The notes: a model not told the origin generated them from the sequence alone. A stretch of 64,000 nt of DNA from Eledone cirrhosa (GCA_964016885.1 OZ024744.1:6200001-6264000), one strand, 5' to 3'. Positions 1 through 9,940 are shown, numbered from the stretch's first letter. A program made the numbers and translations.

Positions 1-179
1 GTCCAACAGCGCCGTCGGGCGCTGGACAGACGTACCGGTTAAATTGCTAGGGGTCTGGTTCGGTCCAGACCTCCAGACGGACAAAAACTGGGACGAGGTG
101 ACGAGCAGGGTGGCTTCTCTCACCCAGAAATGGGCCGAGAGGAAGCTATCCCTGAAAGGTCGAGCGGAGGTGGCTAACG
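1..179 (+). mobile_element. Fragment of Tx1-like LINE family A (ORF2, post-RT region), copy A0
   Basis: Near-identical to 8416-8594 (LLGVWFGPDLQTDKNWDEVTSRVASLTQKWAERKLSLKGRAEVAN). Breaks off at 179 into the Dong-1 3' UTR. Confidence 0.9.
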
Positions 180-3100
180 TCAAGAGACAACAAGGTCCGC
201 CATGTTCAAGAAAGAACATACATATTCACACATGCATCCTTAGTGTTTAGACTTGTGATGTACTTATATTAACAGGATCTTCCTTAGTATATGGGCAGTT
301 CCCATTATTACAATCTTTTGTATTTCTCCTATACGCGGGTTTCCTGGGATTTGCGATAAGTAGTCGTTAGACCCCTTAGGTATCATTCCCAGAGCGCCTA
401 CAACCACTGATATCGTTTTAGTTCTCAATTTCCACATTTTTCCAATTTCTATCTCCAGGTCCTTATACTTGCTCAATTTTTCAAATTTTTTTATAGATAC
501 ATTCTTGTCTATTGGAACAGACATATCAATTAGCAGGCATACCCTCCTTTGAAAGTCCTTCAATATTATATCAGGTCTATTTGCATCTATTTTTCGGTCT
601 GTTTGGATGCTAAATTTCCACAAGATTGAGATGTGATCTTTTTCAAGTATGGGAGGTGGTTGATGCTCCCACCAATTCTTTTGATGGGGCAGGTCAAAAT
701 GCTTACACATTATCCAATGTATGTATTGTGCAGCTCTGTCATGCCTGTTTAGGTATTCGGTTGGAGCTATAGGACTGCACATTGAAATGATATGGTCAAT
801 GGTCTCTGGTTGTTTTTTGCATACACGGCATAATGGGCTGCACCCATTTTTTATTATGTTGGCTTGGTAATTTTTTGTTGGCAGACACTGATCTTGTGCC
901 GATATAATCAGTCCTTCAGTCTCCGATTTCAGTCCAGAGGATGCCAACCACTGATGGGTTAACGTTTTGTTAACATCAGGATTGTTAGCTCGCTCTGGGT
1001 ATTTTCCATACAGAGGCTTTTCTTGCCATTTCTTAGCCAGTTTCTGTAGCAGTTCTTTCTTTGCAGTTACTTTTACCTGCTTTGCTTTTTCTGTGTTTTC
1101 CATTTCAGCAGTAAATGGGACTTCTGAAATTTGTAGTCCATTACTGTATCTTTGTGCATCTTTTGTAATGGAATATGATCTTTTGGTGTTTTCGTGTTTC
1201 AAAACGAGTTTGATCATCCAATCATGTGATTCCCTTAGATATGTGGATAATCCAATTGTTGCAGTTTTCAACGCAATGTCTAACTGGATTAACCCACGTC
1301 CTCCTTCTTTCCTAGGAAGATATATTCTATCTATGTCTGCCTTAGGGTGATGCATTCTGTGCATGGTTAAGAATTTTCGGATTTTTGTATCGAGCCTACG
1401 GATCTCTGTGCTTGACCAGTTGATGACATTGTAACTGTAGGTTACTACTGGTATGGCAAGCGTGTTTATGGCATCGATCCTATTCCTTGCATTCAATTCC
1501 GTTCTTAAGATTGCTCTGACTCTGCGGTAACATTCCTTCCTTATCCTTTCCCTCATTGTCGAGTGCTTGATTCCGTCTCCTTCACAAACACCTAGATATT
1601 TGTAAGTTTTTTCTTGATCAAGCTCACTTATCACGTTCCCCCGATCAAGATTAATGTCTGAACTCTTCAGCAGCTTTCCTCTGGTGAACGTTGCTTTGGC
1701 GCATTTATCCAGTCCAAACTCCATTTTAATGTCATCACTGAACTGCTTCACAGTGGATCATAGCCCTTGCAATTGTTCATCATTTTTTGCAAATAGTTTC
1801 AGGTCATCCATGTAGAACAGGTGATTAATGGTTTTGTCATAGACTCTATATCCATGTTTTGTTTCATTGAGCATTTTACTTAATGGTATAAGTGCGATGC
1901 AGAATAAAAGCGGTGATAAAGAGTCACCCTGAAAAATTCCACAATTAATGTTAACTTCTCCAGCTTCCAGTGATTTTTTTTTCACTATTCAAAAGGAGTG
2001 TCGTTCTCCATGTCCTCATACTGAATGACAAAAATCTCCTGACAACGGGGGATATTTTGAAAATCTCTAAACATTTTTCAATCCAACTGTGTGGCAAACT
2101 ATCGAATGCTTTTTTTATAATCTATCCAAGCAATCGATAGATTTTTGTGTCTATTATGACAATCTTCCAGTATCATTTTGTTAACCAGAAGCTGATCCTT
2201 ACAGCCATATGTGCCTCGTTTACACCCTTTCTGCTCAATGGGAAATAGGTCATTTGTTATCAGGTGGTCATATGTGTATTCAGTTAGGACTGATGTTAAA
2301 ATTTTATACATTGTGGTCAAGCAGGTTATCGGTCTGTAATTTTTGGGATTGTTTGTCTCATCATTCTTCGGTAGAAGGAATGTAATGCCGTTAACTAGCC
2401 ATGATGGTATCTTTTCTGGCTCCTTAACTATTTCATTGTAAAGTTGGTCTAACAGCTCATGAGACTCTGTGAAGGCATTTATCCAAAAGTTTTGTATTTT
2501 GTCTTTTCTTGGGGATTTCCATTTGCTGGTTTTTCTTAGAGCCAAGCGCAGCTGTTCAACTGTTATATTTTCCCATGTTTGTTCTTCAAGGTGATCTGTT
2601 TCTTTCATTTGTCTGTCTATCCATGGGGCATGTATGTTATGAAATTTTTCTTCGGCCCAGATCTTTTCCCAGTATTCTTGCACTTCCTCCTTGGGTAGTA
2701 TTGATTTAGCAGTTATTGTTGACTTACCAATTTTTCTGTAGAAGTTTCTTTGGTTGCTTTTGAACATATTATTGTCCTTATAGAATCTAGATCGTTTTTC
2801 AAAGCGCCTTATACGAGCAGCTTTGGCCGACACTTTTTGCTTGATTGTTTCTATCAGCATGTCTATGTCACATGTTGATCTTATACTGTACTATTTTTTC
2901 AATTTTCTAAGTTTAGTTTGTTTAACATGTTCACCTACTTTATAGTTTGTTAAAATTTCTATGTCAGATCGGAGAAGGTTTATTTGGCGTTTGATGTTAT
3001 CTTGCCAAGTAGATTTCTTGTGGGAATTCCTTTGTTTTTTCATCTTCACTCCACATAAGGGAGTGGTGACATTACCCGATGCATAATAGAGATGATTTAA

Positions 3101-3915
3101 GTCAGTAATGTTTAGTTTGAATTATGATGATAATGTTTTTGAGAATTGTGTTAGTCTTGTGTATTATCTTTTGGTTCTGTTTGGAGTTCTGGATCTTAGG
3201 GAGGGTGTCTCGTTGCCCCATGTCAAATTCTTTCATTTTCATCCATTCGATCATAATTTCATCCTTCAAGTTGGCAAGTTCATTCTCATTCATTTCTTTA
3301 TCATTTACGATCTCATTATTTTCATTTGGAGTTTCATCCTGAGCATGCACTCCCTCCACTTTTTCGCTCCTTTCTTTAATTTGTTCTGTTGCCAGTGATT
3401 CCGCCCCAACCCTGGGATTCGAAATGTTACAGTTTACCTCGTTTTCACTGACACATGCTTCATATTTCCATCGCTGACTTTGTGCTACTAGCTTGATCTG
3501 ATCAATTTCTATATCAGTTAGTAACTTTTTTCTTACAATATTTCTTCGTATATTGGCTAGTTTGTTACTGTCAATATAGCCTCTGTTTTCGGAATGTTTC
3601 TTTTTCCAGTTGATATATGTTTGTTCTGTATTCGATGTATTTGATGGGTAGTACATGGCAGTGTAGAAAGCCTCAAGGACTTCTTTATTATCTTCCCTTG
3701 ACCATTTTTCTCTCTTTTTCTTTGGATTTCTTGGTGGTGAGCATAGAGGGCCAACAGTAGGAGTATTCCGGTTATGGGAGGTCTCCAACTCCGAAGTGAT
3801 GGGAAGGTTTGAACCATTAGCTGATTTTTCGACCCCAGTCTGGTTCCTCTCTGAGGGACGCGGCCCTTTTTTACCCGGGTGACGGCCGATCCGGTATGAG
3901 ATTTTATCATTAGAC

Positions 3916-3920
<5 letters not shown>
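180..3920 (-). mobile_element. R4/Dong-like non-LTR retrotransposon family 1, copy a
   Basis: ORF pieces carry RT motifs (NYRPITC, EQKGC, GIFQGDSLSP, FYMDD), CRVC..H..C knuckle and RPD..D..K RLE motif. The 5' end abuts (TAA)n. The 3' tip is deleted. Confidence 0.92.
264..3917 (-). pseudogene. Dong-1a RT-RLE ORF, broken by stops and frameshifts
   Basis: ORF track pieces 3102-3917, 2099-2860, 1758-1985 and 264-1751 are collinear with the longer ORFs of copies b and c. Confidence 0.9.

Positions 3921-3955
<35 letters not shown>
3918..3955. repeat. (TTA)n microsatellite separating head-to-head Dong-1a and Tx1-A1
   Basis: Read directly from the sequence. Confidence 0.97.
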
Positions 3956-4333
3956 GGCTACCTACGTAGGAAATCGTATTATCGTGAGCTCCGCAAAGGT
4001 TTGTTATTTCCGTTTGTTTAAAAATTGCCATTTATGGAAAATGTTATTGTAAACTGTTTATAAGCACACATACATTGTTTTCCGAAAAGGACACCAAAAA
4101 GATTGGGGCCTTGTGCCCAAAATATTAACTTTTATTATTATCCAAAAATTTCTTTGAAAAAAAATGGCTAATTCCCCTCTGCACGAAGCAGCTGAAAGCC
4201 TTCCTCACAAAATAACACCTCTCACCGACACCACCATTGTAAATGTTACTACGTTTGCCAACACAAAAAAAATATAAGCAGTAGCAATATTTTAAATTTG
4301 TCTCAGGCAGACATTCATTTCCCGCCATTACCA

Positions 4334-6174
4334 ATGACTGCAGGTGTTAAAGCCTCCACCACCACCACCACCGCGACAACCACCTCCCCCACCACCACCG
4401 CGACTACAGAAACAAAATAAAAAAAAAATAAATTAACTCGTGATGTCGAAATGAAATCAAGCAAAATGGACTCTTCCGCACCAAAAACGACTGACGTCAC
4501 CACCACCACAACTGAAACTAAAATTAAGATTAACACAAATAACGATAGCAACAACAACAACAATGACATTATAAAACCGACCCTCAGCTTCGTCATAGTG
4601 GCAAAACAATTCGAAGCGTTCACGGTAACTCAAGAGGATTTAGAAAATGCTAAACAAATGGTAAAGAAAGATGGGTACAGGGTCAGCCTCACCCCCCCAC
4701 CTAATAAAATGGAGCATCGGCGCCTATGCACCGTGTCGTATAGAACAATAAATGTAAAATCGCGCCGAGTGGAACGGGCATCCGAGTCCCAAATCCAAAA
4801 AGCTTTGGGACATGTGTGGGCAAGAAAAACCCACATCAGACGTGGGCAAAAGTATGGAACCGTGGATGTGTTCTTTGAAACACCAGAGGAGGCTAGAGAA
4901 CACTCCATGGCCCCATTAAAAAGTGACGACTTCACACTCGTCCCAAGCTATTGTGGCCAGAGGCTCGTAAAGATCAGGGTGACCCACGTTCCACCGGCCA
5001 TCGAAATTCCCTGGCTAATAGCGGCTGTCCTCGCCGGCATCGAAGCCAACACGAAAATAATAGCAATAGCAAAAGAAAAGCAGGAAAACTGGTCCGGATC
5101 TGGGATGGAGCTCCTAATCCAAGCGGACCAAAAAAGCATTGAGGAGATCCGAGAGGTAATAGACCTCACTGACGGCAGCCACCTCACGGTAATTGTCGAG
5201 GGCAGAAGACCTAGGTGTGTCGTTTGTGGTGAAGGAGCCCACCTAAGGGCTTGCTGCCCTCAGGCTAAAAGGTTGAGGCCACCCCTCCTACCCACCCCAG
5301 TGACACAACCATCAACACCACCAGTAGCAGAGATGGCAGCAACAACTGTAGCAGCAACAACAACTGTAGCAGCAACAACAGAAGCAACTATAACAGCAAC
5401 AACCCCAGCAACAGTAGCAAAACCAACACCACTACCACCACCAGCAAAACCAACACCACCACCACCCAACGCTTCAGAACTAGCACCAGCGCCTACACCA
5501 TCCACCACACCACAACCAAAACTAACGGCTGTGGAGGATTTTCCACTCCCCGGCCTATCACAACTGGAGACAGATTGTGACGACGAGGAGTGGGAAACGA
5601 TATCCGGAAAAAAAAAAGAAACCAAAAAAGAAAAAATTCTCTTCCTTCCCCCTCCAAAAACAAAATACAGAGGGAAACAAATAAACTAAGAAACAAAAAA
5701 GTTAGGACAGATATGCCACCATCCACACCAGCATCACCAACCCCATCAACCCAAACACCAACACCATCACCATCAGTAACTCCAACACCACCATCACCTA
5801 CATCACAAAAGTCACCAAAATGCGAAACAGAAACAAACCCACAACAAACGCAAACAAAACAAAACAACCAAAACGATACACACTACACAGCATTAAATTT
5901 GAACAACAAGCAATTATTACACTACATCCAACACAACACCAGTATCACAGAAAAAGACTACACAACAACCCCAAAATTCACACCACCTTCACACATACAA
6001 ATCACTCGCATCACACAGAAAACGTACATGACACTAAAACAAAAATTCCCCAAAGACATCGGAGACTTCCGACAAGCACTCTCCAGGAGGATTTATAAGG
6101 ACATCCTTCCTGAGGAGGCCACAAGCAGTGAAAAGGATGGAAAAACCGTCCTTCCCCTACGAGAAGTAAGGTAA
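4334..6174 (+). pseudogene. Tx1-A1 ORF1 (gag-like, CX2CX4HX4C knuckle, Pro/Thr-rich); one nonsense codon and one A-run frameshift
   Basis: MTAGVKA start shared with A2 and A3. Knuckle CVVCGEGAHLRACC. TAA at ~4418 where A2 has GAA. Pieces 4451-5689 and 5590-6174. Confidence 0.85.
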
Positions 6175-6208
6175 GTGGTCTTTCCCATCTTTTCCACTCC
6201 TTTTCAAC

Positions 6209-9200
6209 ATGACCTCACTCAGAATAGGCAGCATAAATGCGCGTGGCTTGGGGTCGTCATGGAAGCAGGGCCACCTGCTCAACGACCTCAGGTCACTAAA
6301 CATAGATGTAGTGGCCATCAGCGAGACCAGAATCCCCGAGGCACAGGCTTTCGCACCGATTTTCGGTGGCTACGATGTGTACGCATCTCCCAGCCGTCCG
6401 GGATCGGGGGGAGGAGTTGCTGTGCTTTTTCGGAGAGGTTTGGATCTTGCCATACGGGCCATCTTCCTGGACCCAGAGGGTAAGTTGGTGGTGCTGGACG
6501 TGACCAGCGGAGACGGGCAAGCTTTCAGGTTAGTGGCCGTCTATGCCCCGACAGGAGTAGGGCGGCCTGATTTCTTCCGGCGTCTGGAGACTTTTCTTGG
6601 AACGTCCCGCTCTTTAGTGTTAGTGGGCGACTGGAACGGGATCTTAGATGCACGCTGGGATTGTGTGGGATTAGTGGATAGGAAAGGAGGGTGCAAAAGT
6701 CCCACCAACCTGCTCAGACGTTTTGAACTGTCTGACAGGTACCGAATGGATTTCCCGAATGTACCAATGTGGACTTGGACAAATCGCATAGGGTCATCCA
6801 GATCATATCTAGATAGAGTATTTTGTAGGGAAATAGATAAGTCTAGCATAGGCTGTCCACAATTAAAAATAGTCAGCTACACGGACCACAAATTCGTGAT
6901 CTGTGTGCTTGACTTAGATAGGCTTCATAGGCGAGGACCCGGCTACTGGAAGCTAAACGCGTCCTTACCAGCGCGCAAGGCCTACAGAGACCGGATTAGC
7001 GAACTAGTTAAGCGGGCGCTGACGAGGGCCATCGTCAACAACAAGTGGTGGTTTTCTCTGAAAAGAGCAATTAGAATAGAGTCCATTAGGTTTAGTAAGA
7101 CTTTAGCAATAGAGAAAAATAGAGCAGAGGGAGAACTAGTTAGAAAATTAGATGAGGCGCTTAGCAAAGGCATCGCGACCGACGTGCTTGCGGCGAAATT
7201 GGCCCTTGACCAATTCTTCAATGCAAAGCACGAAGGCTGCGTTGTCAGAGCTAGGGTGCGTGCTCTCAGACACGAGGAGACGAAAGCCGTTCAATGGGCC
7301 CGAGTGGCGGAGGCGCGTCGTGGCAACAAAGCCACGATCCGGTCTTTGGTGGACCACGACGGGCGCATGCTACTCGACCCCGGGCAAATGTGTGAAGCTT
7401 TTCAGCGACACTTCGCTCAACTGTTCGGGGGCAGTGGCGGGCCGGATCGAGGGATGGACTTTAGTGTCTACCTCGACGGACTGCCGCGGCTTTCGGCCAC
7501 TGAGGCGGAGTGTTGCGAAAAGCCGATAACAACCGCTGAAGTACGGGATGCAATGACTAGTTGCACAAGGGGTAAATCGCCTGGTTTGGATGGTCTGCCC
7601 TATGAACTTTACGTACAAATGCCAAACTTGTTCGGAGGCCTCTTGGCGGACGTCTACTGCAACTGGCAACAGAACGGGAGAATTCCCAGCTCTGTGAGCC
7701 GAGGAGCGGTGGCGCTGCTGAGAAAGGATCCGAACAAGGGGGATAACATAGATAATTTTAGGCCCATAACTCTGCTAAACACAGAGTTCAAGATTTTGGC
7801 CAAGGTGCTAGCAAAGAGGTTGGCGCTTGTCGTTGGTGGTCTGGTGGGAGAGGCACAGACATGCGCCATTCTCGACAGATCCATCCACGACAACCTCCAC
7901 CTCATGCGATACATCGTAGAGAGGGTAGCTAGGGAACCTGGCACGGGTGGGTCTTTGATCAATTTAGATCAGTCGAAAGCCTTCGATAGGGTCGACCATC
8001 GTTACCTAGAGGCAGTCCTGAGGGCGGCTGGCTTTGGGCCCGTCTTCAGAGGCTGGATCGCTGCCATGCACAGCAACATCTGCTCTGTAGTGAGAGTGAA
8101 CGGTCACCTTTCGGAACCGTTCAACATCATGCGCTCGGTCCCCCAAGGATGTCCCCTCTCGTCCCTATTGTACGTATTGACTCTCGAGCCATTACTGCAC
8201 AAACTGGAGACGTTGAGGGGGGTCCCGCGCGAACTAGGATGCGGAAGATCCGTGTCAGCATATGCCGACGATGTCACCGTAGTGGTGTCGAACGCCAAAC
8301 ACATCGAGGCGATCGGCACTACACTAAGAGAATACGAAGCGGTGACAGGAGCAATGATCAACCAGGAAAAGTCAGTGGGCCTGCAGCTCGGCACCTGGAG
8401 AGGCAGGTCCATGCCGTCCAACAGCGTCGTCGGGCGCTGGACGGACGGACCGGTTAAATTGCTAGGGGTCTGGTTCGGTCCAGACCTCCAGACGGACAAA
8501 AACTGGGACGAGGTGACGAGCAGGGTGGCTTCTCTCACCCAGAAATGGGCCGAGAGGAAGCTATCCCTGAAAGGTCGAGCGGAGGTGGCGAATGCGTACA
8601 TCGCATCCGTCATCTACTACCGCCTGACCGTCGTACCTTGTCCTAAGCCCCGCCTGACTGCGCTGGAGCGTTTGCTCTTTCGCTTCTTGTGGAAGGGACG
8701 CGCTCCGATGGTCAGGCGGTCCATCTGCTGTCAACACCCGCTACGTGGAGGGCTGGGCATGCCGTGGCTGATGATGCGCAGACACGCGCTCAGGCTACGA
8801 CATCTCCACCTCTTCCTCGACGGTGATCAGGTGTGGTCGCCGTTTGCTAGACACGTTTTTCCCCAGCTCGTCTCCTTGACGGAGCTGCAGTCCTGGGTCA
8901 AGCGAAGACCGAGAGGGAGCGCTTGGAGACTGGAATGTCTTCAGGCGCTCACAGCCCTCGACCAATCGGGCAATGTGATCGGTGGAAACTCCACCTTGGC
9001 GTTCTATAGGGGATTAGTGGAGGGGAAGAGCGACGACGTACTTGGAGAAACTCTAGGCGTCGACGAAAATCAACTAGTCAATCTCTTCGGAAGGACTTTC
9101 GGGCCGGGGCCTATGGACAACTTCCAGAAATCCCTGGCCTGGCAGTGCTACCGGGGAGCTTTGCCAGTTCGGGATAAACTCTACAGGCATGGAGGTGCCG

Positions 9201-9628
9201 TCAGCCGGGCATGTCCGAGATGCGCGCAGGGCGACGAAACCGTCCTGCACGCACTCGTCCAGTATCCGAGCATTGCTGACTTGTGGGTTTATGTCGAACA
9301 CCTGCTGTCACGTGTAGGACGGATCCAGCTATCAGCTGAGTCAATCGTGAGGATTGCCCCGCCCTCTTCCTTTAGCCGGGAAGGGCAGGCAGTTTTTATC
9401 TGTCTGGTGGCCATGGCGAAAGAGATAGTATGGTGGACACGTTTGAAAGGGCTGAAGACGAGCACTTACCTCTTCGGTGATGCCCTGATTAACTTTTTCA
9501 AATTTCATCTGAAAAGGAAAATCAGGGTAGAGAGGGAAGTGCTCTCTTCCCAGCATTTTGTTGAAAGATGGGTGAGAGAAGCAAGTATGGCCCGAATGAA
9601 TGGGCCTTCTCTGAGTATGTGTCTGTAA
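6209..9628 (+). CDS. Tx1-A1 ORF2: APE endonuclease, reverse transcriptase and C-terminal Cys motif (1139 aa, open)
   Basis: APE motifs SINARGL, ISET, VGDWN, SYLD, YTDH. GPGYWKLN. RT motifs KSPGLDG, FRPITLLN, LDQSKAFD, QGCPLS, AYADD. C-terminal CPRC..ET..H. Confidence 0.95.
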   Translation: MTSLRIGSINARGLGSSWKQGHLLNDLRSLNIDVVAISETRIPEAQAFAPIFGGYDVYASPSRPGSGGGVAVLFRRGLDLAIRAIFLDPEGKLVVLDVTSGDGQAFRLVAVYAPTGVGRPDFFRRLETFLGTSRSLVLVGDWNGILDARWDCVGLVDRKGGCKSPTNLLRRFELSDRYRMDFPNVPMWTWTNRIGSSRSYLDRVFCREIDKSSIGCPQLKIVSYTDHKFVICVLDLDRLHRRGPGYWKLNASLPARKAYRDRISELVKRALTRAIVNNKWWFSLKRAIRIESIRFSKTLAIEKNRAEGELVRKLDEALSKGIATDVLAAKLALDQFFNAKHEGCVVRARVRALRHEETKAVQWARVAEARRGNKATIRSLVDHDGRMLLDPGQMCEAFQRHFAQLFGGSGGPDRGMDFSVYLDGLPRLSATEAECCEKPITTAEVRDAMTSCTRGKSPGLDGLPYELYVQMPNLFGGLLADVYCNWQQNGRIPSSVSRGAVALLRKDPNKGDNIDNFRPITLLNTEFKILAKVLAKRLALVVGGLVGEAQTCAILDRSIHDNLHLMRYIVERVAREPGTGGSLINLDQSKAFDRVDHRYLEAVLRAAGFGPVFRGWIAAMHSNICSVVRVNGHLSEPFNIMRSVPQGCPLSSLLYVLTLEPLLHKLETLRGVPRELGCGRSVSAYADDVTVVVSNAKHIEAIGTTLREYEAVTGAMINQEKSVGLQLGTWRGRSMPSNSVVGRWTDGPVKLLGVWFGPDLQTDKNWDEVTSRVASLTQKWAERKLSLKGRAEVANAYIASVIYYRLTVVPCPKPRLTALERLLFRFLWKGRAPMVRRSICCQHPLRGGLGMPWLMMRRHALRLRHLHLFLDGDQVWSPFARHVFPQLVSLTELQSWVKRRPRGSAWRLECLQALTALDQSGNVIGGNSTLAFYRGLVEGKSDDVLGETLGVDENQLVNLFGRTFGPGPMDNFQKSLAWQCYRGALPVRDKLYRHGGAVSRACPRCAQGDETVLHALVQYPSIADLWVYVEHLLSRVGRIQLSAESIVRIAPPSSFSREGQAVFICLVAMAKEIVWWTRLKGLKTSTYLFGDALINFFKFHLKRKIRVEREVLSSQHFVERWVREASMARMNGPSLSMCL

Positions 9629-9888
9629 ATTAAAGGTGGAAAACTGGGAGAGGGCACTTGCCTTGGTGGTCAGGGTCATTGTGGCTTTTTACTGGGCTTT
9701 CTCCACAAATGTCCCTCCGAAGTCTCCCCCCTATTGGGGAATTTTTCATTGTTATTTTCATTGTTATTTTTGTTACATCCTCTCTTTTTGTTTTTTTACA
9801 CGCAGAAATGCCCATTTGTACCCTCCTGCATTGTCCTGCACTGTCCTTAATGTCTACTTTATGTAAACCCTTGTGGTTAATAAAGAAA

Positions 9889-9890
<2 letters not shown>

Positions 9891-9938
<48 letters not shown>

Positions 9939-9940
9939 GT
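9891..9940. repeat. (TTA)n separating tail-to-tail Tx1-A1 and Dong-2a
   Basis: Read directly from the sequence. Confidence 0.97.

Larger units (their letters stand above)
3956..9890 (+). mobile_element. Full-length L1/Tx1-like LINE family A, copy A1, flanked by (ATT)n
   Basis: Same 5' start GGC(T/G)ACCTACGTAG as copy A2. Two ORFs. AATAAA at 9879-9884, then (ATT)n directly. Confidence 0.93.

Noticed and set aside
5606-5620. Programmed ribosomal frameshift in Tx1-A ORF1 at the A-run
   Set aside because: A1 has 10 A's and A2 has 12, shifting in opposite directions, while A3 reads through in frame. This is homopolymer slippage or sequencing error.
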